DNA of 64,000 nt from contig CAZMQG010000001.1 in assembly GCA_964568625.1 (NCBI GenBank), positions 19,393-83,392 of the forward strand, given 5' to 3'. Positions 37,444 through 46,868 of the stretch are shown here, piece after piece; the stretch's first letter is position 1; every line of letters begins with the position of its first letter. A program made the translations under genes and the position numbers. The stretch is from an uncultured Pseudomonadota bacterium (lineage in GTDB: Bacteria; Babelota; Babeliae; Babelales; RVW-14). The notes beneath the pieces are model-generated. The model searched no databases, was not told where the DNA came from, and saw nothing but the letters and a program-made list of their open reading frames with translations.

Positions 37444-37662
37444 CCGAAAACTCCTAGCGCTTTTTTATTATTGCATCAAAACACGTAACTTAAACTAAAC
37501 AGGAATTGAACTTTGTATAAAGATAAAAGCAATATATTAAAAAGATTGAGTAAAAATTTCTTATAAAATTTTACACAAGTTTAAACGGTAGTTTAATTTT
37601 TAAAAAAACGCTAAAATGCATAAACAATTATTTGTAACAAAAAGGCAATACACGGATATTTT

Positions 37663-39030
37663 ATGGATATTTTTCAGTACCAAAAACAACAAAACTTGGA
37701 TTCCGGTAAATCGAACTCTCATAAACCCGAGCAACCCGAATCACCCAGAAAAAGCCCAATCCCACTGGCTGCTCGCATGCGGCCAAAAAATCTCTCCACC
37801 TACATCGGGCAAGAACATATTTTAGGTCCGGGTAAATTGTTGCGCAAGGCCATTGAAAACGACAGGTTGTTTTCTTCCATGATTTTATGCGGACCTCCAG
37901 GTACAGGAAAAACCACCTTGGCAACAATCATTGCAACCTCTACCAAATCAAATTTTGAGATTATCAGCGCGGTATCAGCAGGCGTGGCAGAAATAAGACA
38001 GTTGGTTGCAAATGCAAAACAAAAACTCGAAATTTATAACCAAAGAACAATTGCTCTTGTTGATGAAATTCATAGATTCAATAAATCCCAACAAGATGCA
38101 TTGTTACCACATGTTGAAAATGGAACAATAATTTTAATTGGCGCCACAACTGAAAATCCTTATTTTGAAGTTATCTCAGCACTTATATCCCGATCACGTG
38201 TTTTTAATCTCAAACCCTTAACTCAAGAACAACTTATTCAGTTACTAAACCAAGCAATTAATGACAAACAAAATGGATATGGAGACAGGCAGATAAAAAT
38301 TACCCCTCAAGCGCTTGAGCATATTGCCAATATTGCCGGTGGTGATGCACGGTCAACTCTGAATGCCTTAGAACTTGCAGTTGAAAGTGCAAATGAAGAT
38401 GAAAACGGAATCATCAACATTGATCTTGAAATCGCACAAGAAGCAATGCAACAAAGGGCCGTAAGATATGACAAAAATGGTGATGGGCATTATGACACAA
38501 TCAGCGCTTTTATAAAATCAGTTCGTGGCTCTGATCCGGATGCTGCACTGTACTGGCTGGCAAAAATGATTTATGCAGGAGAAGATCCAAAATTTATCAT
38601 GCGTCGATTGTTTATTTTGGCAGCAGAGGACATTGGCCTTGCCGATCCGCTTGGAATAGTAGTTGTTTCGGCCTGTGCACAAGCCCTTGAATGGTGTGGA
38701 TTACCTGAAGCCCAATATCACTTGGCTCAAGCAACTGCCTATCTTGCAACGGCAGCAAAGAGCAACTCTATGAAAAGTTATTTTGATGCTTTAAATACTG
38801 TGCAAAAAGAGGGGACTGTCCAAGTCCCAATCCACCTACAAGATTCAAGTAGAGATGGAAAAAGAGAGGGACATGGGCAAGGATACAAGTATCCGCACGA
38901 TTTTCCAGGCCACTGGGTCGAACAACAGTATTTGCCCGAAAGTTTACAGGGTAAAAAATTTTATAACCCAAGCAATCAGGGATATGAGAAAAAAATTGTT
39001 GAGAGATTAAAAAAGCTTGGGCAAGAATAA
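37663..39030 (+). CDS. rarA: replication-associated recombination protein A (MgsA/RarA AAA+ ATPase)
   Basis: PLAARMRPKNLSTYIGQEHILGPGKLLR, Walker A LCGPPGTGKTTLA, Walker B VDEIHRFNK.QQDALLP, C-terminal MgsA domain HYDTISAFIKSVRGSDPDAALYWLAKM and YKYPHDF. Confidence 0.9.
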   Translation: MDIFQYQKQQNLDSGKSNSHKPEQPESPRKSPIPLAARMRPKNLSTYIGQEHILGPGKLLRKAIENDRLFSSMILCGPPGTGKTTLATIIATSTKSNFEIISAVSAGVAEIRQLVANAKQKLEIYNQRTIALVDEIHRFNKSQQDALLPHVENGTIILIGATTENPYFEVISALISRSRVFNLKPLTQEQLIQLLNQAINDKQNGYGDRQIKITPQALEHIANIAGGDARSTLNALELAVESANEDENGIINIDLEIAQEAMQQRAVRYDKNGDGHYDTISAFIKSVRGSDPDAALYWLAKMIYAGEDPKFIMRRLFILAAEDIGLADPLGIVVVSACAQALEWCGLPEAQYHLAQATAYLATAAKSNSMKSYFDALNTVQKEGTVQVPIHLQDSSRDGKREGHGQGYKYPHDFPGHWVEQQYLPESLQGKKFYNPSNQGYEKKIVERLKKLGQE

Positions 39031-39031
39031 A

Positions 39032-39664
39032 TCAACGCAAAAAATCCCCGTACAACCAATTCATCCCAGTCTTATTAAGTGAATCAACTGTATGGATTGA
39101 TGCATAAGCAAAGGCTAAGACATTATATAAGTCCAAGCATTCTCGCTCAGTTGTGATATTTAATTGTTTAATTTTTTCCAAATCTATTCCAAAAGATTCA
39201 ATTCTTTGGATAATTTCCGGATTACCTCTTAAGTACCACATCCAAATCAAAGGAATATGAATAGGCGTACAACTGTATTTTTCAGAAATAGCACCCAATT
39301 GCGCCACATTAAACTCATTTTCGGTAATTTTGGATGCAACTGTACGTAAAATTACATCATGTGATACGCAATCTCCAAAAAGTCGTAAAAATGCCTCTAT
39401 AATGGACTTCACTGCAACTACAACTTCAATCGGATTTTCCTCATCTGTCATTTCAAATGTGCTTTGTACAGAAAACTCGAGCCAGGAAAGCTTTTTTTCA
39501 ATAGATTTATTTAAGACTCTCATACAAAGAGTCTTATAATATTGCCGAGGCCTAAAGCTTATTATCCTAAATTCTTCCATTTGGTAAACCATGCAATCTG
39601 CAAACTTAAAACTTACAACAAAATACCCCACAAAAATGGCCCCCATCAAAAGTAACTTCTTCAT
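39032..39664 (-). CDS. membrane-anchored hypothetical protein
   Basis: Start trimmed to MKKLLLMGAIFVGYFVVSF. Its stop codon lies 1 nt from the rarA stop (convergent). No motif recognised. Confidence 0.5.
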   Translation of the reverse strand: MKKLLLMGAIFVGYFVVSFKFADCMVYQMEEFRIISFRPRQYYKTLCMRVLNKSIEKKLSWLEFSVQSTFEMTDEENPIEVVVAVKSIIEAFLRLFGDCVSHDVILRTVASKITENEFNVAQLGAISEKYSCTPIHIPLIWMWYLRGNPEIIQRIESFGIDLEKIKQLNITTERECLDLYNVLAFAYASIHTVDSLNKTGMNWLYGDFLR

Positions 39665-39798
39665 ATAAGCCTTCCATCGCATAAAAATACTCATTTTAGT
39701 TCAAGATTAGGTTTACATGTGGTAAAATAAGACCATAGCAAGTGAAAATGCAATAATAATCGTATTTTAATCACAAAAAATTTTAAAAGGCTAAGTTC

Positions 39799-41451
39799 AT
39801 GATTTCAGAGTTTTTGGTACTTTTACCCCCTTTAATCGTAATTTTAATGGCAACGTACACAAAAAATACCAGACTCTCATTAATTCTAGGAATATTTTCT
39901 GCCGCCCTTATTATTAATGATTTTTTAATCTGGGGAACATTAAAAACAATTTTTGATAATTTACTGAAAGCCATCGAATTTGACGGGTTAACAAGTTTAC
40001 AAACCATCTGGAGTTGTGAAAGAATATTTATACTGTTATTTCTTTTAATGCTGGGCATAATCATCTCGTTACTGGAACACTCGGGCAGTGCCTATGCTTA
40101 TGGAAATTACATAACAACAAAACTAAAATCTGTTAAAAATGCAGAATTATCTTCTCTGATACTTTCATTCTTTTTCTTCATAGACGATTACTTCAGCTGC
40201 TTAACCGTTGGATCCGTTATGCAACCAATAACAGACCAGTTCAAGATTCCACGAGTAAAACTGGCATTCTTGGTAAGTTCCGTAGCCGTTCCGCTTGCTA
40301 TAATATTCCCTCTTTCAAGCTGGGTTGCTTATATTTTGGGACAACTCGGGCAAACAGGCGTATCAACTTGTATGAACTCCTCAACGGTAATTCAATGCGA
40401 TCCATTCTTTTTATACTTAAATACAATTCCATTTTTGTTTTATGCATTAATTGTTGTTTTCTCAATATGGTTTATAGTTTTAAAACGCCTATCATTTGGG
40501 GTCGTTGCAAAACATGAACACATAGCTCAAACCACCGCAACTCTTTTTGGGGGAAAACAGGCATTAACAAGAAAAACACAAGAATCAATGCCCCCACGAG
40601 ATAACTGTACGCTGAAAAGCTGCACGCTTTGGGACTTTATCCTTCCAATTATTTTGCTAATAACTTCAACGATCATAGAAATTTTAAGAAGCGGGGACTT
40701 TTTTATATTTGGCGGATCAAACGGAATTATTCAAGCATTATTTCAGGCAAATATCCCTTCAGCCCTTTTTGAAAGCAGTGTATTTACAATAATTATCACA
40801 ACGGCCTATTTTATTATTAGAAAAAGAATTCAAATTAAAGATTTGGGAATGATTACCAGAGAAGGCATAAATTTGATGAAATCATCATTAATCCTTCTTA
40901 TTTTAATTTGGACATTCGGAAAAATTTTACAAAATGACCTAAAAATAGGAAGCTTCATTGCTCAGCACATTGGGTACATCAACATCAGCTATCTTCCTGT
41001 CATTTTATTTTTAATATCAGGTCTAGTTACCACACTCATGTGTTCTGCCTGGGGATCTATGGGCTTGATCATTCCAATTGGAATTCCAATGTTGGTCTCA
41101 CTTTCTAATGCACAAACGCCAATTATGCTAACTGAAATTCCTATGATTTATCCGGTCCTTGGGGCTATTATTTCAGGTGCCATCATTGGCAACCAACTAT
41201 CACCCGTGGCAGATGTCATGTTGATGGCAGCTACTAGTTCTGGATGTTACCACATGGATCTGGTTAAAGCTCAAGCAAGTTTGACAATCCCAAGCATATT
41301 TTCGGGTGCGTTGGCATTTTTATGTGCCGGGTTATTAATTCCAATATGTGGCGTTGCCATATCATTGGCAATATCTCTTTCACTTGGAATATTAAATAAC
41401 TTTGCAATTTTATATGTTCTAAATCTGCTTCAAAAAAGAAGAGGCTCCTAA
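39799..41451 (+). CDS. NhaC-family Na+/H+ antiporter-like transporter
   Basis: 550 aa with about 12 TM segments. N-terminus LLPPLIVILMATYTKNTRLSLILGIFSAALI, plus internal SAWGSMGLIIPIGIPM, typical of COG1757/NhaC-type carriers. Confidence 0.55.
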   Translation: MISEFLVLLPPLIVILMATYTKNTRLSLILGIFSAALIINDFLIWGTLKTIFDNLLKAIEFDGLTSLQTIWSCERIFILLFLLMLGIIISLLEHSGSAYAYGNYITTKLKSVKNAELSSLILSFFFFIDDYFSCLTVGSVMQPITDQFKIPRVKLAFLVSSVAVPLAIIFPLSSWVAYILGQLGQTGVSTCMNSSTVIQCDPFFLYLNTIPFLFYALIVVFSIWFIVLKRLSFGVVAKHEHIAQTTATLFGGKQALTRKTQESMPPRDNCTLKSCTLWDFILPIILLITSTIIEILRSGDFFIFGGSNGIIQALFQANIPSALFESSVFTIIITTAYFIIRKRIQIKDLGMITREGINLMKSSLILLILIWTFGKILQNDLKIGSFIAQHIGYINISYLPVILFLISGLVTTLMCSAWGSMGLIIPIGIPMLVSLSNAQTPIMLTEIPMIYPVLGAIISGAIIGNQLSPVADVMLMAATSSGCYHMDLVKAQASLTIPSIFSGALAFLCAGLLIPICGVAISLAISLSLGILNNFAILYVLNLLQKRRGS

Positions 41452-41465
41452 CATTCGGAGCCTCT
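41440..41465. terminator. bidirectional hairpin between convergent genes
   Basis: AGAGGCTCC (41440-41448) pairs with GGAGCCTCT (41457-41465), a 9-bp perfect stem spanning the nhaC-like stop codon. Confidence 0.5.
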
Positions 41466-41485
41466 AATCAGTCTTATAATTTTTA

Positions 41486-44400
41486 CTATTTACTTAATGC
41501 GGTCAAATCAGTAGTAACGTCATTAATCATTGTTGTAAACGTTTTTCCACTGGCAACTAATTTTGATGTTACAAGAGTAGCATTTGCATACCAAGCTTTT
41601 AATGCTTCTAGTTTTGTCTTATCTGTCTTCGGTCTTGCATTGTGCAAATTAGTTAAAGCAGTCCAGAAACTGGTCTGAACTGTTGTATAAACTAAAGTCG
41701 AATTTGCAGCTACATTTGTAGCCACACTTGTTACCAAATTTTGTAGCACTAACAATTGTGCATCATAAGTTGAAGTTGTAACTGTAAAACTCTTTAATAT
41801 ACTGTTCACCCTTGATATCTCAATTGCCAATAAGTCTGCATTAATATCACTAATCATTGTTGTAAAATTTTTATCAGCGGCAACTAGTTTTGATGCCGAG
41901 AGAGTTGCATACCAATTGGTTAGGGTTTCATACCAGGACTTTAAAGTAGTTAATTTTGCTTTATCTGTTTTAGGCCTTGCATTATGCAAACTTGTTAATG
42001 CAGCCCAAAAGTTTGCTTGTTCAACTGTGTAGTCAAGCGTCTGATTTGCTTGAAAAGCTGATGCTACACTTGTTACCAAATTGGGCAAAATAGGCAACTG
42101 AGAATCATAAGTTGAAGTTGTAACTGTAAAAGTTTTTAATATATTATCAACTCTTGCCATCTCAGCAGCTGCTATCAAATTTGCAAAATCTGAATTGATG
42201 TCATTAATCATACTAGTAAAATTTTTATTAGCAGCAACTAACTTCGATGCTACTAATGTCGCATACCAAGTATTTAATGTTGTATACCAAGAAATTAAGG
42301 TCGTTAATTTAGTCTTATCCGTTTTAGGCCTTGCATTATGTAAACTTGTTAATGCGGTCCAAAAACTAGTTTGAACAGGTGAGTAATCAAGAGACTGATT
42401 CGCCTGAAAATTCGCAGCTATACTTGTTACCAAATTTGGTAATATCGATAACTGAGAATCATACGTCGAAGCTGTCACAGTAAAATTCTTTAATATACCG
42501 TTAACCCTTGCCATTTCAGCCGCTTGCACTAAAGACTGATCTATTTTTGTAAAATCCGAATTAATATCATTAATCATACTAGTGAAATTTTTACCAGAGG
42601 CAACTAACTTTGATGCAACTAGTGTCGCATACCAGGTATTTAACGTTGTATACCAAGTTTTTAAGGTAGTTAGTTTAGTCTTATCTGATACCGGCCTTGC
42701 GTTATGTAAACTTGTTAATGCGGTCCAAAAACTCGCCTGCACCGGAGTATAGTCAAGAGCCTGATTTGCTTGAAAGTTTCCTGCAATGCTTGCCACCAAA
42801 TTTGGCAGTATTGATAACTGAGAATCATAAGTTGAAGCTGTAACTGTAAAATTATTCAATATATTACTTACTCTTGCCATCTCTGCAGATTGAGCCAAAG
42901 CCTGATCTATCTTTTTAAAATCTGAATCAATATCACTAATCATTGTTGTAAAACTTTTATCAGCAGCAACTAATTTTGATGTTTTAAGAGTTGAGTCTGT
43001 ATACCAACTTTTTAGTGCTGCTAATTTTACCTTATCATTACTAGGTCTAATCTTATGCAAATTAGTTAAAGCCAACCAAAAACTCGGTTGATACTGTGTA
43101 TAATCATACACTGAACTAGCAGGCACACTTTTTGCCAAGTCTTGCAATGCCAATAATTGAGAATCATAACTTGAACTAGCCAAAAGAACATTTGTATTTG
43201 CAGGTGTAAAACTACTTAATATATTATTAACCCTTGTCATTTCAGCAATTTTTACAGCAGACGCTTTATTTGCAACTTCTATATCTGTTCCAAGCTGCAT
43301 TAACCAATTTGCTAAATCCGAATTTTGCGCAAAATTCAAAAAAGATTTATTCATTGCATTATTTATCAAAACTTTTAAATCAGCCAAAGTCGAAGATGTT
43401 CTATTATTATAAAAATTTTTAATTGCAGTATAAATTGAGTTACTAGAACTTGGATAATCCTGTAAAAACGTCTGATTAAACATACCTGTAGAAACACCAA
43501 CAACATTTGCATTCAACAATGCTGGCGTTCCTGATTTTGTTTTATCATTTAATATAGCAGTCAAAGCTGATTTTACTTCATCCACTAGTCTGCCACTCCA
43601 ACTTTTAAGATCAGATTTTTGGGATGAAGTCAAAAAAGCTTTAGATTGAGCATTGTTTAACAATAGCTGCACATCTCCTAATGGATAAAGATTCCTGTTG
43701 TTATAAAAATTTTGAATTATCGTATAAATCGAACGACTTGAGCTTGGATAATTCTGTAAATAAGACTGATTAAAGCTTGAAATTAAATTTATACTCAAAG
43801 AATCAGTCGTACTTGAAGCATCAACAACATTTGCATTCAATAAAGCAGGAGTTCCAGATTTTGTAGAATCATCTAAAATTGCCTTTAAAGAAACTTTTAC
43901 ATCATTTTGCACCTGCATTAAACAATTTTTAATATCATCCTTCTGTGATGAGGTTAAAAATGCTTTATCTTGAGCATTTTTCAATAAAATTTGTAAATCC
44001 CCATATGAGGATGATGTCCTATTATTATAGAAATTTTTAATTGCCGTATAAATAGAACTTCCCAAACTTGGATAATCTTGTAAATATGCCTGATTAAAAA
44101 CATCGTTAGATACTGAAACAATATTCGCATCCAATAAGGCTGGAGTACCAGATTTTGTAACATCTCCAAGGATTGCCACCAAGGATGATTTAACAGCTTC
44201 CGTTACAGCACTCGTTTGCTGAGAAACAGCCTGCACAGTAGTAGATATCGTAGATGGAACAACAACCGGTACGGCAGAAGTCAGCCGTGGCAATTGAGTT
44301 TGGGTTGTCGCAGCAACAATTTGAGTTGCAACCGGTTGAGCAACAGCCTGTACCTGTGATTGCTGAGTTTGTGTTTTAGCCTGTGCCTGTAATTGAGCCT

Positions 44401-45220
44401 GCAACTGCTGTGCTTGTAACTGCTGAGCTTGTAATTGAGCTTGCAGTTGTTGAGCTTGTAATTGAGCTTGCAGTTGTTGTGATTGTAGCTGTGCTTGCGC
44501 TTTTAACTGTTGAGCTTGCAATTGCTGAGCCTGTAATTGAGACTGAAGTTGCTGCGTTTGTAACTGAGACTGAGCATCTTGCCCCACTGAAGAAGTTATA
44601 GGGGTAGTTAACGGAACCGTTGATGATACACGTGTAGCATAAGCATCTGATGATAACCCCGAAGTTGTTGTAAGTCCTCCAGTAGAAACAACACCTGATG
44701 TAGGCGTAGTACCTGAACCTGATGTAGACACCAAATCTGACGTCGATCCCAAAATGGATTGCCCTGGAAGACTAGATCCAGTAGCAGATGAAGTTGAATC
44801 CGATAATAAATCTAAAAGCAATTGGTCTTGTGCTTGCGCCAAAGGTAACTTATCTGATAAAGATCCCGATTGTAATGACAAGTCTTGCGGAATTCCACTT
44901 GTAGGCAAAGATATTCCCGACGCTTGAGATTCTTTAGAAACTCCAACATCACCAGATGGCTCCAATAATTCTGATGACAAATCTTGAATAGAACTATCTT
45001 GAAAAGGCTCACCTTGTATAGTTAATTTTTGATTAGAATTTGTTGATTCCCCTGAACCGGCAATATCCCCAGATTGTTTTAATAAATCTAACGATAAATC
45101 TTGGGAAAAAAAATTCTGATCAGTATTTGAAGAATATACAGACTGATTTGTCGCCAAGTACATTCCTGTAACCATAATAAAGACCAGTATCGTTGACATC
45201 TCTATTGAATGCCACTTCAT
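41486..45220 (-). CDS. 1244-aa repeat-built surface/secreted protein (orphan)
   Basis: N-terminal hydrophobic anchor STILVFIMVTGMYLA. Short QDLS..LL..SGD repeats, an S/T/G-rich linker, a Q-rich (QLQAQ)n tract, then 3 + 5 long tandem repeats (see repeat features). Confidence 0.8.
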   Translation of the reverse strand: MKWHSIEMSTILVFIMVTGMYLATNQSVYSSNTDQNFFSQDLSLDLLKQSGDIAGSGESTNSNQKLTIQGEPFQDSSIQDLSSELLEPSGDVGVSKESQASGISLPTSGIPQDLSLQSGSLSDKLPLAQAQDQLLLDLLSDSTSSATGSSLPGQSILGSTSDLVSTSGSGTTPTSGVVSTGGLTTTSGLSSDAYATRVSSTVPLTTPITSSVGQDAQSQLQTQQLQSQLQAQQLQAQQLKAQAQLQSQQLQAQLQAQQLQAQLQAQQLQAQQLQAQLQAQAKTQTQQSQVQAVAQPVATQIVAATTQTQLPRLTSAVPVVVPSTISTTVQAVSQQTSAVTEAVKSSLVAILGDVTKSGTPALLDANIVSVSNDVFNQAYLQDYPSLGSSIYTAIKNFYNNRTSSSYGDLQILLKNAQDKAFLTSSQKDDIKNCLMQVQNDVKVSLKAILDDSTKSGTPALLNANVVDASSTTDSLSINLISSFNQSYLQNYPSSSRSIYTIIQNFYNNRNLYPLGDVQLLLNNAQSKAFLTSSQKSDLKSWSGRLVDEVKSALTAILNDKTKSGTPALLNANVVGVSTGMFNQTFLQDYPSSSNSIYTAIKNFYNNRTSSTLADLKVLINNAMNKSFLNFAQNSDLANWLMQLGTDIEVANKASAVKIAEMTRVNNILSSFTPANTNVLLASSSYDSQLLALQDLAKSVPASSVYDYTQYQPSFWLALTNLHKIRPSNDKVKLAALKSWYTDSTLKTSKLVAADKSFTTMISDIDSDFKKIDQALAQSAEMARVSNILNNFTVTASTYDSQLSILPNLVASIAGNFQANQALDYTPVQASFWTALTSLHNARPVSDKTKLTTLKTWYTTLNTWYATLVASKLVASGKNFTSMINDINSDFTKIDQSLVQAAEMARVNGILKNFTVTASTYDSQLSILPNLVTSIAANFQANQSLDYSPVQTSFWTALTSLHNARPKTDKTKLTTLISWYTTLNTWYATLVASKLVAANKNFTSMINDINSDFANLIAAAEMARVDNILKTFTVTTSTYDSQLPILPNLVTSVASAFQANQTLDYTVEQANFWAALTSLHNARPKTDKAKLTTLKSWYETLTNWYATLSASKLVAADKNFTTMISDINADLLAIEISRVNSILKSFTVTTSTYDAQLLVLQNLVTSVATNVAANSTLVYTTVQTSFWTALTNLHNARPKTDKTKLEALKAWYANATLVTSKLVASGKTFTTMINDVTTDLTALSK
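41489..43246 (-). repeat. five in-frame tandem repeats of 112-122 codons (family B)
   Basis: Units start on the minus strand at 43246, 42886, 42520, 42166 and 41824 (anchor AEM(A/T)RV / IEISRV). Consensus AEMARVNxILKNFTVTASTYDSQLSILPNLVTSIAxNFQANQxLDYxPVQxSFWTALTSLHNARPKTDKTKLTTLKxWYTTLNTWYATLVASKLVAxxKNFTSMINDINSDF. The three middle copies are also highly similar at DNA level. Confidence 0.9.
43250..44200 (-). repeat. three in-frame tandem repeats of ~98-108 codons (family A)
   Basis: Anchor KSGTPALL(D/N)AN(I/V)V at about 44156, 43863 and 43538. Shared FNQ.YLQ(D/N)YPS...SIYT.I(K/Q)NFYNNR...L...L(K/N)NA..K(A/S)FL(T/N).(S/A)Q(K/N).D(I/L). Confidence 0.85.
44340..44590 (-). repeat. Gln-rich low-complexity tract incl. 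a perfect 27-nt tandem duplication (44425-44451 / 44452-44478)
   Basis: Encodes QSQLQTQQLQSQLQAQQLQAQQLKAQAQLQSQQLQAQLQAQQLQAQLQAQQLQAQQLQAQLQAQAKTQTQQSQ. The plus strand shows GAGCTTGTAATTGAGCTTGCAGTTGTT twice in a row. Confidence 0.9.
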
Positions 45221-45272
45221 TACAATTCTCCCTTCCTTCTAAACTATCCCAACTGCTAAATCTTCAGATCAA

Positions 45273-46835
45273 TTATTTATCTAAAAAATGAAGTTTAATA
45301 CCAAATTGTTTTTTCGTAAAAAATGCAAACAACATAACAGCCGCACCTAATCCAAACACAATAAACCAATATCCAATTCCAATATTGAAAAAGCTAGACC
45401 AAGATGAGCCTTCCACCATCCATAATATTAGGAAATATCCAGTTAAAAAAAGTACAATCGAAATAGTAAGCTGAGCCAAATATCGAACTAAAAAATTAAA
45501 ATAATTCCCGTAATAAAATGTAAACCCATGCTTTTTATGCAAAAAGTAAAAACATAAAACTGTCATCATTATACCGGACAAACTGCAAGCTCCGGCAATT
45601 CCATATGCACCAAATAACAGAATACCAGACAAATCGCCCAAAAGATTCACCACGGCAGAAACTGCTGAAGATATTGTTGTTGAAGTGGTATCTTTCATAG
45701 CATAAAAAATGCTAAGTAATGACCTGTTCAAACAGAAAAAGAAAAGACCTATTAGATAAATTACCAAAATCCATGCCCCTTGAAATGCAAGAGAAGGATC
45801 TTTAACTTTTGTTAACATCACATTTTCAAATAGATGTTTAGAAATAAACATTAAAAAGAGTGATACGGGAATAATAACCCATGAAACAAATTTAGTAACC
45901 TCGAGAATATAAAAATTTAGGCGCTTTGGGGCATAAAGAACTACTCGCGAAAAATGCGATAACATAATACTTGAAAATGCCACAGCAAAAACACCTAATG
46001 GAATATTCATAAATCGACTACCAAAATAAAGTAGAGTCACTGAGCCCTTAGGTAAAAATGATGCAATTGCAAAACTTATAAATAAATTGAATTCAACAAT
46101 GCTAACGCCAAAAAGACATGGTAAAAATTTACCCAAAACACTCTTAAATAATTTTTTGACACTATCAGTCACATGGCCAAATGTGAATCCATATTTAAAA
46201 TAAAACAAAATATTCATCAATAACCAAAAAAAACCACCCACGATTATTCCAAAACAAACAACGTTAGCCGATGTTTGAAAATACAAAGCAACAAGTAATC
46301 CAGCTATATAAAACATATTCCATAAAGCTGGCCCAAATGCAGGAACAGCAAAACAATTTACTGCATTAAGCGCACCTGCAAATAATGTGCTGCTCGAAAC
46401 TAATAACAAAAATGGAAATAAAATTCGTAAAAAAGGAACTGCATAATTTATCTGCTCTTGTGAAAATCCGGGAGCAATCATTCTAATAACAAATTCTGTT
46501 TTAAAAAAAATAAATGCATACATTAAAAGAATTATGCCTTCAAAAAACAGAAATGATATTGTCATTAACCCGCTTGCTTCTTGTTTATTTTCGTCCTTAA
46601 CACTTTTTACAAATGCAGGAACAAATGAAGCACTCATTGCACCTTCTGCAAAAACATGCCGAAAAAAGTTTGGCAAACGAAAGGACATAATAAAAGCATC
46701 TGACATTGCCCCAACGCCAAAAAATCTGGCAATCAAAAATTCTCTAAATATTCCAAGAAATCGACTTATAAGTGTCATACTCCCTGCTTGGGCTGTTTTT
46801 TTTAAAATATCACGCTTATTCAGTGAAAGACTCAT
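45273..46835 (-). CDS. murJ: lipid II flippase MurJ/MviN
   Basis: GSMTLISRFLGIFREFLIARFFGVGAMSDAFIMSFRLPNFFRHVFAEGAMSASFVPAF is the canonical MurJ N-terminus. About 14 TM segments. Confidence 0.85.
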   Translation of the reverse strand: MSLSLNKRDILKKTAQAGSMTLISRFLGIFREFLIARFFGVGAMSDAFIMSFRLPNFFRHVFAEGAMSASFVPAFVKSVKDENKQEASGLMTISFLFFEGIILLMYAFIFFKTEFVIRMIAPGFSQEQINYAVPFLRILFPFLLLVSSSTLFAGALNAVNCFAVPAFGPALWNMFYIAGLLVALYFQTSANVVCFGIIVGGFFWLLMNILFYFKYGFTFGHVTDSVKKLFKSVLGKFLPCLFGVSIVEFNLFISFAIASFLPKGSVTLLYFGSRFMNIPLGVFAVAFSSIMLSHFSRVVLYAPKRLNFYILEVTKFVSWVIIPVSLFLMFISKHLFENVMLTKVKDPSLAFQGAWILVIYLIGLFFFCLNRSLLSIFYAMKDTTSTTISSAVSAVVNLLGDLSGILLFGAYGIAGACSLSGIMMTVLCFYFLHKKHGFTFYYGNYFNFLVRYLAQLTISIVLFLTGYFLILWMVEGSSWSSFFNIGIGYWFIVFGLGAAVMLFAFFTKKQFGIKLHFLDK

Positions 46836-46868
46836 GCAAATCCTACAAATTATATTTTATTTTATGTT

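Noticed and set aside
39028-39034. rarA and the convergent 39032..39664 gene have stop codons 1 nt apart with no terminator space
   Set aside because: Tight convergent packing is expected in a compact genome. There is no evidence for a functional antisense arrangement.
41489-44200. The long periodic DNA repeats considered as a CRISPR array, satellite or IS remnants
   Set aside because: Periods are 294-366 nt, always multiples of 3 and in one continuous reading frame, with conserved protein motifs. There is no short direct-repeat/spacer structure. They are coding tandem repeats.
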